Origin: Folioceros fuciformis
Taxonomy: Eukaryota
NCBI GenBank assembly: GCA_049999805.1
Contig: JBNGIO010006380.1
Location: 552,735-616,734, forward strand
Direction: 5' to 3'
DNA: 64,000 nucleotides
In this document: piece after piece, positions 1-12,967 of the stretch
Layout: each line of letters begins with the position of its first letter
Position numbering within the stretch: the stretch's first letter is position 1
Program-made: the position numbers and the translations under genes
Notes under the pieces: model-generated
The model's database searches: none
What the model was told of the DNA's origin: nothing
Seen by the model: only the letters and a program-made list of their open reading frames with translations

Positions 1-2028
1 GGTGATGGTGGATGCCGAGGTGGCAGAAGCGCATGATCGCACTCTGGGCCAGCTGACACCCACAGGGACTTCTGTGGTGGTGGAAGGAGAGCTGAAGAAG
101 CCTCCCGAGAGTGCAAAGAAGCAGCTTGTAGAACTCAAGGTGGAAAGGATCCTGGACGTGGGGACAGTCGACACATCGTCGTACCCCATTGCCAAGGCAG
201 CATTGTCGTTCGAACATTTGCGGAACTATCAGCATCTGCGAGCCCGCACTAACACGGTGAGCGTGGTGATGTGTTGACGTTCTGGGTGTGTGCAGCATGC
301 AGTTTTGACATGTCTCTGTGTGTGCGTTTGGTGTCCCAGATCTCTGCGGTCGCTCGGATTCGTCATGCCCTCACGAAAGCCACGCATGATTTCTTCGATG
401 CGAGGGACTTTATTTGTCTACAGACGCCGATTATTACCACCAGTGATTGTGAAGGTGCTGGAGAGATGTTCCAGGTGACCACTTTGCTGAGTCAGGCAGA
501 AAAGCGAGAAGAGGAGGCCCTCCTGCACCCTCCTCCCACAGAAGCTGATGTGGAAGCTGCAAGGAAGGTTGTGACCGAGAAGGGTGATGTGGTGAAGCAG
601 CTGAAGGCAGAGAAGAAGAGTAAATCTGAGATCTCGAGAGCTGTCCAGGAGTTGACGAGTGCTAAGGACACAGTTGCAAGGTTGGAAGATGCTCTGCGAT
701 TGAAGGGTGGCATTTTGCACAAGGAGGGTGGAGGAGTTGACTATACAGCTGATTTCTTCGGGACCGCTGCATACCTGACTGTATCGGGCCAGCTTCAAGC
801 TGAGACCTACGCGTGTGCCCTCGGTCGGGTATATACATTCGGGCCGACCTTTCGTGCTGAGAATTCCCACACGACACGACATTTGGCTGAGTTCTGGATG
901 GTTGAGCCTGAAATGGCTTTTGCAGATCTCGAGGTAATGTCTGTGAGGACGAAGATTGATGTGGTTCCGTTTCGGTCGTGTTCAAGCAAGGCTCTCAGTT
1001 TTTCCTTCGTTGTTGCAGGATGACATGAACTGCGCAGAGGATTATGTGCGTTATCTGTGCAGATATTTGCTTGAGCGGAGGTTAGATGATCTCAAGTTTT
1101 TTGAGGAGAAAATCGACCCGACCGTCTTACAGCGGTTGAGAATGGTTGAGTCGACTCCATTCCAGCGTTTGTCATATACTGACGCAATCAAAGTTCTCGA
1201 GAAGGTCTCTCAGTCTGTCTTTGTTGTTGTTTGACTGGTGCCAGTTTCATTGCTGTGACCACCTCAAGTCGCCTGAGTTAGACTGTGGTTGTTTATGTTG
1301 CCAGGTCCCGGCTGGGAGATTTGAGAACAAGGTGGAATGGGGAATCGATCTAGCTTCAGAGCATGAAAGGTACTCTCAGCCACTGCATTTTGGACTTAAA
1401 ACACTTCCACAGTACTGAAAAGCAGAGTGTGTTCTCTCCAGTCTACAAGAACTACTTTTTGCCACAGGTATCTAGCTGAAGAGGTCTACAAAAAGCCAGT
1501 AATCGTTTACAACTACCCCAAGGGCATTAAAGCTTTCTACATGCGCCTCAACGACGATGGGAAAACAGTCGCAGCCATGGATGTCCTTTGTCCCAAGGTT
1601 GGATAAACCAGTGCAGAAATCCGTTCAGTCACATTTTATTCGGTTCTTGAAAGTGCTGACGTTATCCCCAACTGATGCAGATCGGGGAGCTCGTGGGCGG
1701 AAGTCAGAGAGAAGATCGACTGGATGTGCTAAGGCAGAGGTTTGTGCTTGTGCTGTCATCTTCATGCTTTTGGTATTAATGACATAAGTATTGATCTGCA
1801 GGGCCTTTTCCTTTCACATCTGACCGATCCCATATTTCGATCAGGGTGAAAGAAACTGGCGTTCCAGAGAAGCAGTATGATTATTACCTGGATCTTCGGC
1901 GGTACGGCACTGTCAAGCATGCAGGATTTGGCCTGGGTTTTGAGAGAATGGTGCTATTTGTGACCGGCCTTGAGAACATCAGGGAAGCCATACCTTTTCC
2001 AAGATATCCAGGCAAAGCAGACCTGTGA
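1..2028 (+). CDS. Cytosolic asparagine-tRNA ligase (SYNC1-type, with WHEP-like insertion); 5' end lies outside the window
   Basis: Spliced exons encode [93 protein letters not shown] and [11 protein letters not shown]. Introns are GT-AG, e.g. 257-339. Confidence 0.96.
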
Positions 2029-3388
2029 GAAAGGAGCTCGATGCACTAGGATCGATAGAGTAGTCGTTGCAGCCTACTCTGTTTCGTGTCACGGGTAATC
2101 CGGAATGATGAACCAACTCAAAGTGAGTTGTTCGTCTCCTGGACCTTCACCTCGTTTCGGCAAATTGTGCGGAGATGGTGTGCATGTCGCATTTTGTGAT
2201 TGATAGAACAGAGTACATCTCCCTCGCATACGGCACTCAGAACTCGAACATTTCTTCCCTATACCAGCTGGGAAAATGGAGGGAGGCCAATGGTACTCCC
2301 CGGCACTACCAAGGCCTTGTCCATTGCTTTATGTGTGGATGAAGTAGTGGCCTCTCTACCAGAGAAAGTAATCGCGAACCTTTGCGGCGGTGCATCTCTC
2401 CGCAAGCCACCCCGCAGTGCTGAGGATCACTTGCCCTTGACGGAATCTCCAGTAAGGCGAGTGACAACCACCTCCGCTCGTAGCGTCTGGTCATCCTTTG
2501 CCAAAATCCGGTCAGCCTCAAGGGAGACACCATTGAGCAGAGCACTCTTCAAAAAGGAGGAAGCCCCTCTCGTTCTCCGTAGAGAATGACATTGGAAGCC
2601 TAGTGATGGGCAGCAGTTCTTTGCCTGCCATCCAGAGTCTAGTGATTGAGGTGGGTCCTCTAGTCGTGTATGAACATCCCATAGTTCTAATCGTGGAAGG
2701 CTTGGCTGGGCCCAGATTGACCCTCATAGCACGAGGACAAGACGAAACCTCGTTCCTTGAGAAAGAGTAGAAAAGAGATGGCTGGGATTTGGAAAGCAGT
2801 GATACAAAGTTGAATCATGTACCAGCTCCCTAACCAGAGGAAGAGAATCTGGAGGCATCCTAGGGATGGAGGATTCCTAAAGGAGAGCTGTTCAGACAGC
2901 TTTAGACGAAACCGTACATGAAGAAAATTCTTAGTGTGGACGAAAATTAGTAGACTTCTGTAAAATTTTTCTTCAGAGTGGTGTTTCAAGTAAAAATTTG
3001 CATCAGATAAAATTCCTCCTCTTCCTTCCCCTTGTGGCGTAGTTGGCCGGAAAGGCGGCCTTTGTCTCCGTTGGTGTTGGTTAGGTTAGGTGACTTGCCC
3101 GCAGCCCGAAAGAGTCAGTTCTAGATACTGTGCTCTTTTTCGGAGCAATAACGTTTACTTCTCTCACTCCCAACGCAACTTTCAGTCTGTGGGCTCGTTG
3201 CGGCCGTAGAATCCGCGGTATCGTCTGCTTGAGCTCCTGCGGTATCGTCTGCTTGGCGTGTGGCTCCAAGGACAGCTGTAGCAACTGCTGCAGCGCTGCA
3301 GCAGAGCGCCGAAGGGTGTGGCAGGGAGTACTGTGTTCGCTGTTGCGGGGTTTGTTGTCGGGATTTGGCGCTGAGCCAGGGGTTCACC

Positions 3389-4213
3389 ATGGCGGGATCC
3401 GAGAAGGTGTACACCCTGCAGGAGGTTTCGGAGCACAACCATGCCAAGGACTGCTGGCTCATTATTGACGGCAAGGTTAGTGGACGCGAGAGCCTCATTC
3501 CGAGCCCCGGGGCAGCTGAATGGCTTGCCCTTCTTGCCGGTTGATCCCGTGTTCTTGCGCGATTCTGTTAAGCTTGGCTCTGGACGTCTGCTGTTGGATT
3601 CCTGTCTACTGAAAAACCGGTAGTGGCTGATTTTTTATTGAATGCACGCCGCAGTCCAGCTGATAGGTTCTAGCTTCCGATGCATCCATTTTATGCTGTG
3701 TTACGAAGCGGCTCACGAAAGTTGCTTCGTCGTGGTTTTTGATTCAGTTGTCTCATATTGCTTTTGCGGCCTGTTAGGTTTATGATGTGACCGCATTTCT
3801 AGAGGAGCATCCTGGAGGTGATGAGGTACTGCTGTCAGCTACAGGTACTTAGCCGGCACGAGTTCTTTTGTTAAGGTTTACGCGGTATTAGTTAGCCTGT
3901 TGTGAGCAGCCAAGCGGCACTCGATGGCAAATCCTGAACCGCAGTTCTGTGTGACACAGGGAAAGATGCTACCGAGGATTTCGAAGACGTCGGGCACAGC
4001 ACGAGCGCCAGGGCCATGATGGAGGAGTATTTGGTCGGGGATGTGGACGTCACATCATTCCCCGAGAAGCCCGTGTACAAACCTGCGAAGCAAGCTGCCT
4101 ACAACCACGACAAAACCTCTGAGTTTCTCATCAAGATTCTGCAATTTCTAGTTCCCCTTGGAATTCTAGCCTTGGCAGTGGCAGTCCGCTTTTTAACCAA
4201 AGCGGAAAGCTAG
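3389..4213 (+). CDS. CB5: Cytochrome b5 (tail-anchored)
   Basis: Three exons: MAGSEKVYTLQEVSEHNHAKDCWLIIDGK|VYDVTAFLEEHPGGDEVLLSAT|GKDATEDFEDVGHS... The HPGG heme motif is present and the C-terminus has a TM segment (LQFLVPLGILALAVAVRFL). Confidence 0.96.
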
Positions 4214-4583
4214 CTGGACAGTAGGTTAGACATGCTCGTTTTTGTCAAGGTTTCCTTGCCTCGGCGACAGGACTGTGTGCGTATGACTTTGAGCTGTAAT
4301 TTCAGCAACTTTTAGGGTCCGTATCTATTCAATAATAAGGACTGCACAGAGTAGTCGAGTTTGTTACTAAACAAGCTTGTTCATGCGTCGTCGATGACAG
4401 GCTCTGGCTAGCACTGCTAGAGCGGCGCATCTAGGAGTTTGCAAGCACGTGCGTGCGGGAATGCAAGTGCAACACGAAGCGAGTGAGAGACACGCATAGC
4501 TGTGCAGTGCTGTGCTGTGCTGTGTTGCTTGGTTCGTGAAGGGCAGCATTGTGCTGGGCCCGCGCTGGGACGGAGGATCGGGG

Positions 4584-7500
4584 ATGTGGACGCTCAAGAC
4601 TGCGGAAGGCGCAGGCCCGTGGCTGCGCTCAACTAACGACCACGTTGGGCGGCAGGTCTGGGAGTACCATGAGGACGCAGGTCCTGATTCCGTGCGTGCC
4701 ATCTCTGAGATCGAAGATTTTCGGTCCCACTTCACTGCCCACAAGCATGAGAAACGACACAGTGCAGACCTTCTGATGAGACGCCAGGCTCGTGCCTTGC
4801 CCCCCAGAATTGTGGCGAGCTGGGCATGTTTCTCGTTTGGCTGACTCTCGTGCGCTTTCTTTGCCTGCAGTTTGCAATCAGGAACCCAGTTCCACCGCTA
4901 CCACCCCAAGTGAAGGTCAGTGATCCGGAAGATGTCACAGACGATGCTGTTGAGACGACATTGCGCCGGGCTATCCGCTTCTACTCTACTATCCAAGCCG
5001 AGGATGGGCACTGGCCCAATGACTACGGGGGCCCTATGTTCCTCATGCCTGGATTGGTGAGTTCTGGATGCTGTCAGCGAGAAACTCTGGTCGTGTTTCT
5101 CGACTGCCAGCTTCTTTTCTTGCGTGTACTTAAGTTTTTGGATGCTGGTATCAGATTATCACGTTGTATGTGACGGGAGGAATGAATTCGGTGCTGTCAG
5201 CAGCTCACAAGAAGGAAATATGCCGCTATTTGTACAACCACCAGGTGAGCAAGTTGTAAAGCATCGGGTTTTACCTTTGTCTGAAACAGTGGTAGCTTGT
5301 TTCCTGGTCTTTCATGAATTGCAGGTGTCAGATGACGGGTGTCTGTGGCATGCAGAACAAGGACGGAGGGTGGGGTCTGCATATTGAGGGTCACAGCACT
5401 ATGTTCGGATCTGTTCTCACTTACGTTTCTCTGAGATTATTGGGGGAGAAGCTTGAGGATGAAGAGTTTGGGGATCTGGAGAGGGGTCGAGTGTGGATTC
5501 TAAAGCACGGCGGAGCCACTGCAATTCCTTCTTGGGGAAAGTTCTGGCTATCGGTACGAACTGGCTAAGCCACGTGTATGGTTTTCTTGGCTCAGGATCT
5601 CAAAAGACGGTTCTTGTCTGGTGCAGGTTCTTGGAGCGTTTGAATGGGAGGGAAATAATCCTCTGCCTCCAGAGATGTGGTTGCTGCCCTACTTTCTGCC
5701 CATCCATCCAGGTGAAGGCCTGTCTTCTACCTGCCGTTCTAAGTTATCTTAAATTCCTGACGTTTTTGGTACTAGTGAGTTACGTTACCGTCAGTGTTTC
5801 AGGAAGATTTTGGTGTCACTGTCGAATGGTGTACCTTCCCATGAGCTATGTCTACGGATGTCGGTACACTGGGGAGATCACCAGCACTGTCAAACAGTTG
5901 CGACAGGAGCTCTTTAATGAGCCTTATGAGGATGTGGACTGGAATGTGGCCCGGAATTCCTGTGCTAAGGTATTGAGGCTCGTGAAGGAATATCTCTACT
6001 AAATTGCTATAAAAGCCGTAGTACTCAATTCAGCTTGTGTGGTTATCGAGTAACATTCTTTCGCATTTTGGATCCCTGGGAATAGGAGGACCTTTACTAC
6101 CCACATCCCTTTATACAAGACGTGCTTTGGGCCACACTTTACCATGTGGTAGAGCCAGCCTTGACGAAATGGCCGTTTTCAATGCTGAGGGAGAACGCTT
6201 TGGCGCATGCAATCAAGCACATACACTATGAGGATGAAAATACTAGATATTTATGTATCGGCCCAGTAAACAAGGTGTGTGGATTGACTTTGTTATCTGC
6301 CTTGCTTGATTTTGAGGGTTTTGGAATCAGTAAGTCAGCTGCCTGCCATGAAAGACTTGTGCGTAGACCAGCCGGAAATGTGAAATGGTATGCATGCCGT
6401 CATTTTGTGGCTGGAATCAGTTGCTGTAGCTAAGTTGTCCACGATGGAAGAAGCAGGTGATGAACATGCTAGCTTGCTGGATTGAGGACCCAAATTCTGA
6501 AGCCTTCAAGCTTCATCTTGCAAGAGTTCCAGATTATCTCTGGCTTGCTGAAGACGGCATGAAGATGCAGGTGTGACGAGTCAACTATCTGCTCTGTCAT
6601 CCCTAGTGAGAGGCTCTGTAACGTGGTGTAGCAGTATTTAAATTTCTGTGGCTTGATTGGTTCACGTAGGGATACAATGGCAGTCAGTTGTGGGATACAG
6701 CATTCGCGGTTCAAGCCCTAGCTTCCACCAGTTTGCTGGATGAGAGCACCTCAGCTCTTGCAAAGGCTTACCGCTATATCGACAGAACGCAGGTGATCTA
6801 TACATTCTATAACTTGTGTAGGATGAGTGGCGGTTGCTTCCTCATTTTAGCGGTTTACTTGTCCACGGGGAGCCACTTCAAATGTATGTTGCGAAATCTG
6901 GTTTTGGTTTGGCTGCCAATACCTCCAGGTGGTGCGTATCTTCGAAAGCAACCGCATCACCTAAACCTTATTTCTTGATCTTGAAGGTTAAATTTGACTG
7001 CCCAGGCGATTTGAGCTACTGGTATCGTCATATTTCTAAAGGGGCATGGCCGTTCTCAACGCAAGATCATGGCTGGCCGATATCGGATTGCACAGCGGAA
7101 GGCCTAAAGGTTGTCCTGTCTCTTATGGGCTTGTCTTTGAAACAGCTTGTGGTCATCTGCTGCTGTCAGGAACGTTCCAACATCCTAAAATACCGCAGAT
7201 CAGTGTAGGAGGGTATTATTCAAACCACGGATGCATTGCTTGCTGCAGGCTGCATTGGTCTTATCAACGCTGTCTACCAATCTGGGTATTGAGAATCTCG
7301 CCGCAGAACGGCTGTATGATGCTGTCAATACCCTTCTTTCCTATCAAGTATGTTTATCTGGTGTACCAGGTTGAGGCAGGATCTGTTTTTATCAAGGGGA
7401 AGGTTTGCTTTGACAAACGTCCCTGATGTCTTTTTTTCAGAATGCTGATGGTGGAAGTGCTACTTATGAGAACACAAGGTCTTACCCATGGCTTGAGGTA

Positions 7501-8744
7501 TGCATTGCATGAAAATCAGCGCGAAACTGGTCCTGATTTTTTGTTTCAAGCCACAAACGGTTTGTGGATGTTGTTGAAGCACTGTGGCCTGCTTGCAGAT
7601 GATCAATCCAGCAGAAACATTCGGGGATATAGTCATTGACTATTCGTGCGTGACACATCCCTGGTTTTGCGTGATCAGTTTGTGAGTTTCTTGTGACACT
7701 CTGGAATTGAGGACGTTGACTGGCTGTTGTTTATGGAGCTGCAGCTACGTCGAGTGTACCTCTGCCGGCATCCAAGCTTTGTCTGCCTTTAGCAAGCAGT
7801 ATCCAGACCACCGTGCAGATGACATTGCAAAGTTTGTGGATCGAGCTTGCAAGTTCATCGAGGACAACCAACGACCAGATGGGTCCTGGTACGTATTGAT
7901 GTCTGATTGTGTGGCCTGAGTTACGGAAGCTTAGATACAAATCTTGTGAGATTTTAGGGGATGTGAGTACATTTCTTGTTGTTTAATGGATTATGATTAC
8001 GCAGGTATGGATCCTGGGGTGTCTGCTTTACGTACGCTGGTTGGTTTGGCGTTCTGGGTTTGATAGCTGGTGGGAAAACATATAGTACCTCGGCTGCAAT
8101 CAGAAAAGCTTGTGACTTTATTCTGTCCAAACAGCTTCCTGATGGAGGGTGGGGTGAAAGCTATCTTTCCTCCCAAGATAAGGTAAAACGGAATTACAAG
8201 GTGGTAGCCGCGTGTGCCATCCTTCTCAAAATCTGTGCATCTACTGTCCAGGCTATCAAAACCTCATGTAAGAATCTCGTTTGTAGGTGTACACGAACCT
8301 GGAGGGTGGTCGATCTCATGCAGTGAACACCTCCTGGGCACTGCTTACTCTTATTGCTGCTGGCCAGGTTGCCATCCTTCTGTCTGAAATACAAAGACCT
8401 TCACTCTAACTAACTCTCTTCCTAGAGTGCGACCTGACTGACGTTTTTTCCCCTTGATACAGGCCCTACGAAACAAAGAGCCACTGAGAAGAGCGGCTGC
8501 TGTTCTTATCAACAGGCAAATGGAGAATGGGGACTTCCCACAGGAGGTCAGTCCCCTTTCTTGACCCTAGGTTGAACAACATGCTTTGCCCTGCTCTGAC
8601 GAGACGATTCTGAATCCACGTCTGTGCTCTCAGGAAATCATTGGCGTGTTCAACCGGAACTGCATGATCTCCTACTCCTCCTATCGGAATGTATTTCCTA
8701 TATGGGCACTGGGTGAATACCGCGAGAAGGTCTCAAGGTCCTAA
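4584..8744 (+). CDS. CAS1: 2,3-oxidosqualene cyclase, cycloartenol synthase type
   Basis: Multi-exon gene encoding MWTLKTAEG...[65 protein letters not shown] (catalytic DCTAE), QW repeats ([18 protein letters not shown]) and [13 protein letters not shown]. The Tyr, His and Ile residues equivalent to the cycloartenol-specifying positions of AtCAS1 (Y410/H477/I481) are present. Confidence 0.95.
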
Positions 8745-8896
8745 TTGCTGTAAGCAGCTATTCATTACACTCACATTCTTTTAACGTTTCTCACGTCCAT
8801 CGAAGTGTCTCCGGGCTCCCACACGACACGGTTTTAGGGTTCTCTTGTTCAAGAAGGCGGGGGGTTCCGGAATTGCATGACGCCCATCGCAAACCA

Positions 8897-9472
8897 ATGG
8901 CAGAAGCCAAAAACTCATCAGCGTCGTCGAGCGCCTCGCCCCCGTCTGCCCCTCTGGAGCTATGCCGGAAAAAGAAGACAGAGGGGACGACCTTTGCGCG
9001 AGACGTTCTCGACCACATCGACGAGTTTATCCACGCTTCCGTGGATGACCACAAAAACTGCTTCCAGAGATCCCTAAGCAAGGTGGCCATGCTGACACAA
9101 CTGTGCCTGTTACAGCTTGTAGCCGTTTCATGCACAGAAGGCCATGTCTGCCCTAGATGTAGCGTGTTAGCAGATCTGGCGTGTTAGCATTAATTTTGAA
9201 GTTGTGGTATTCGATATGCCTGTTAGAATTCCAACGGGGAGGGGCCTGCGTGTTGTGATAAAGCTGGAGCTTTGGACAAGGTTGATACCTTGCTCTTGAT
9301 CCTCTGCGGCTTCTACGTTGCTGTTGATCACTCTCTGCGTCTGGGCTTTCTATCTGGTGAGTGTAACAAGAACGGAGTTTGCTTTCAGATGTTTGAACTG
9401 ACCAAGGCAGTAGGGCAACCCGCTGCAACTGTCGAGAGTGTTCTTCCTCTAACGGTAACAACCAGAGATTGA
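8897..9472 (+). CDS. Small (about 89 aa) uncharacterised plant protein
   Basis: Exon 1 8897-9082 (CRKKKTEGTTFARDVLDHIDEFIHASVDDHKNCFQRSLSK) joins exon 2 9389-9472 (MFELTKAVGQPAATVESVLPLTVTTRD*) through an in-phase GT-AG intron. It resembles a conserved plant family with the motif DHIDEFIHASMDEHK.CF (from recall, not a search). Confidence 0.7.
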
Positions 9473-9726
9473 AGCTACAACATCAGTTAACACCATGAAT
9501 GACTTTTCAAATGAAACTACCACAGGACATGTGGACATCCTTGAGGCTGGGTTTAAAAAAACTTCCTCAGCGTCTCCTTGGAATAGGAGCCTCCTCGTGA
9601 AGTAGAATTAATTCTACTTTGTGTGATTTATTCACTTTAATCATCTTAATTTTAATATCAAGGATGGACAAAGGCTTTCTATCGAGTGGTGTATCAAAGT
9701 CATAGGAATGGGTGTTCTCTTTCTTT

Positions 9727-9961
9727 TCTATGATGGTCTTCTTTTGATAATGCATATTTATTATTTTGCAAAGATCATTGGCCAATATCTATGATGGTCT
9801 TCTTTTGGACAATGCATATCTATTGTTTTGCAAAGAGCATGGGCCAATATGGTTTTTAAAACCATGCATATCTATTGCTTTGCAAAGAGCATTAGCCAAT
9901 ATGGTTTTTAAAACAATGCATATCTATTATTTTGCAAAGAGCATTGGCTAATATGGTTTTT
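9727..9961. repeat. Tandem repeat, about 52-62 bp unit, 4 copies, in an AT-rich intergenic block (about 9560-10440)
   Basis: Repeated core atgcatatctattgttttgcaaagagcattggccaatat. Confidence 0.85.
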
Positions 9962-10653
9962 AGAATAGTAAAAAGTGTAGGTCAAGTAACTTCTTTGGTT
10001 CCACCGTTTCACTATTTAGAACAGCAATAAGCATAGGTCAAGTGGCTTCTTTGGTTCTTTAATAAGAATAACAACAAGTATATCTATATTGAATTAATTA
10101 TATCATTAAACATAACAAATTACTAAATGAGACATTCTTGTGTTTGGAGAGCATTAAGTGCTAAGAAAGCATAGTTTATGTATTCTAAGAGAACATTTGA
10201 AGAAGAGGAGAGAGCTAAGCTCCTAACTTAAGTAGGTCTAAGCTCCTACTTAAACTAGAAGCTTACCAAATATGGGCAAGATGTACTTAATTTTTATTGG
10301 ATAAATTTCTTCTTCTTTTATTTTTATTTCTTTTACTTTTTGTATATATATATTTAGTTAATATATTAATATTTAAGGTTTTTTTAAATGGGAATGATGT
10401 AGAGGTATAAAGGCCAAGGTCTGTAATATTCTTACATAGGGCTTTGAAGTAGCTTCGTGTTTCTATGGTCCATGGCCCTGGGTGAGGTTGGTAATGGATG
10501 GAGTGAATGGCGGATGGTGGACTAAAGAGTGGCGCCGCCGTCGATCCGGTCACTCGCTGCGGTGCCATCCGGTTTCCCGGTGTTGAGGCTTGTGATTAAG
10601 TGCAGGCCATACCTTCGCTGCTTCGTAGGCGTAGCGGGTTGCGCGACGCGGCC

Positions 10654-12137
10654 ATGGCGCTGTCGCAGGAGCCTGGTACGGCGCCTGCGGCAGATGAATG
10701 GCACCCGCTGGTGCTGGGAGCTTCCGTTACCGACCCGGACGCACCTCGCTACTACTCTTTGAGATGTGCGCGGCCCAAGGCTTTCTCTTTTCCACAATTC
10801 GGTTGTAGGGAGGGTTCAGCTGAATGAATCCATGGTGTCTTCATACGGAGGGGTTGAGCTGAATGAATCGATGGTCTCTGTATTGGGAGGGGTTCAGGGG
10901 AATGAATCTATGGTGTCAGCAGAGGGGAGGGATGAGCTGAATGAATCTACGGTGTCTGCGGTAGTACCTTTACTGCCTGCTGGTCGCTTGCTGAAATTTC
11001 TTTCCTGTTGCCGTGGTGCAGATGATTTTTTGCCTGCTTCCATAGACACGAGCAGGCCTGGGACTCTGCACAAAGGCGCAGAGAACAAAGTGAGCGTGGA
11101 ATTCCATAATAATCAGGCAGGAAAGCCGAAAGTCCAGTTCCAGGGGAACAGCGAGGATTGCAAGGAGATTGATGCGGTGATATTCTTTGATGGAAAGGAG
11201 TTCCGGGTGGAGCGCCTGTACCGAGCCATCAAGCCTTTGAGGCACGTTCGGGAGGCTGGGGAATCTGCGGCTGCGGCTGCGGCTGCGACCACCATCGCAG
11301 GGCCAGGCCCAGGGCCTTCCTCGTCAGGGGCCACAGCGTCTGTAGCGGCGCCACCTGCGCCATCTGGATTGGTGGAGAAGATCCTTCCAGCCCCCGCTGC
11401 AGAGCCTCGATCTGCTACGCTCGAACCGCGGGCGTCTCCGGTGCATGTCGCTCTCAAGGATGTTGGCAAGAAGAAGCCTGCTCCCAAGAAAGGTGAGTTT
11501 TTGGTTTGGGAAAACTAGAACGAAGTTTAGGGCTGCGGTTGTTTTGATGTGAGTATTCGGTTGAGTTCATGAGTAGATGTCGGTCCAATTGCAAGGAAGC
11601 TTGACATTTTGATATGGAACAGAGCCAAAGAAGAAAGGGACCAAGCGAAGTCTGGATGGCAAGGCAAAAGGCGGTGCAGTTGCTTCTGCATCTGCACTTC
11701 CTTCAGTGCCTTTGCCTTTGCCTTTGCCTGTGCCTGTTCCTGCAGCATCTCCTGTGGAGGAGCAGCAGGAGATACAGGCTCCCTTCACTCTAGTGGACAT
11801 TGATGATGACGAGGATGACAGAGCAAAAACAAAGAAGGTGGAAGAAGACACAATAGATGATATCGTAGACATTGACGAAGTGGTGGAGGAAATAGCAGAT
11901 CATGAGAGCGACTATGAACTCGAAGATGTGGAAGTGAGCGAGGAGGAGGATGCAGACGAGGACAAGGCTGTGGGAGATGGAGCTCCGGTCGTAGCCTCCC
12001 AGGCAAACACTGAAGATCAACCGCAAAGCTCGGGTGGCAGCAGCAGCAGCAGCAGTGAAAGTAGTGATAGTGGCAGCAGTAGCGAAAGTGGAAGTGACGA
12101 TGAAGATGATTCTGCCAGTTCAGGTGATGACAGTTGA
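10654..12137 (+). CDS. ELL-associated factor (EAF) domain protein with acidic/Ser-rich C-terminus
   Basis: Exons 10654-10765, 11022-11492 and 11623-12137 encode WHPLVLGAS...YYSLRYDFLPASIDTSRPGTL...VSVEFHNNQAGKPKVQFQGNSEDCKEIDAVIFFDGKEFRVERL. Confidence 0.9.
10808..10960. repeat. About 39-bp tandem repeat (4 copies) in EAF intron 1
   Basis: Unit ggagggttcagctgaatgaatccatggtgtct repeated, reading ELNESMVS in one frame. Confidence 0.85.
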
Positions 12138-12967
12138 CCTGCATCCTACCCGAGGAGGAATGGTAGTCGCCAGCCATGGCGACAGTGTATACATTGCGAC
12201 AGCCTCTCCGGTGAGGATCTACAGCCGTAAAATGAGTTGTTCCCCTGACTTGAAACATGCGTGTTGGATGATTGAATTCATTTACCGTGCTCACTCGTTA
12301 TGTTCAGGTGGGAAGTTTCTTGAATCTGGTTGCACCTCCGTACAGGGTGGATTTTGGATTGAAAGCACACATATGACATGCCTGTGACATGCCTACATTG
12401 ACCCCAAAAGGTCGGAGCGACTCACTCCGAGTAGTGAGAGCCTCGTGTTGAGACGAGGGTTTGTGTTCCGACCTCGGAGCAGAACATAAAAATGACTATG
12501 GAAGATGCACAGATGAATAGTTTAAATCTGCGCCCAATGGAGTAGTGAAAACATCAAAGCAACAGCTAGTCATAAATCCGCTGAAATGGAGTGGTTGAAA
12601 CTCCAAAGCAACACACCCTTTACGCATGGTGCTAAGGTTCTCTGTATTATACATAGCCTTCACATATATATATACACCTATTGTTATAGATGAGAGTCAG
12701 CCACCATTAATGGTCCCCCGCACGTTCCGCTATCGCTCCGTCCGTCCGGAACTTTGAAGGACGAAACCACACTCAAATGTGCCTACATGCATAGTAGGCC
12801 GTCAGTCACTTGACTCTCTTCCGTGTAAGTATTAGATTAAAGAACGGACAAGCGGCTTCAAACAGGGCCTGTCCCTGCCCTGGCTTGGGTGATCCATGTG
12901 GTGTAGTCTGTGTGTTGCCTGCACTGGTCCAAGTGCGCATCTACAGGTGGAGCAGGGGATGAGGGGG

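Noticed and set aside
2200-2990. ORFs between the Asn-tRNA ligase and cytochrome b5
   Set aside because: No recognisable domain in any frame and several stops. It may be decayed sequence but cannot be assigned.
10895-10917. ggggaatgaa resembling a miR165/166 site
   Set aside because: Only part of the site matches, it lies within an intronic tandem repeat, and there is no precursor hairpin.
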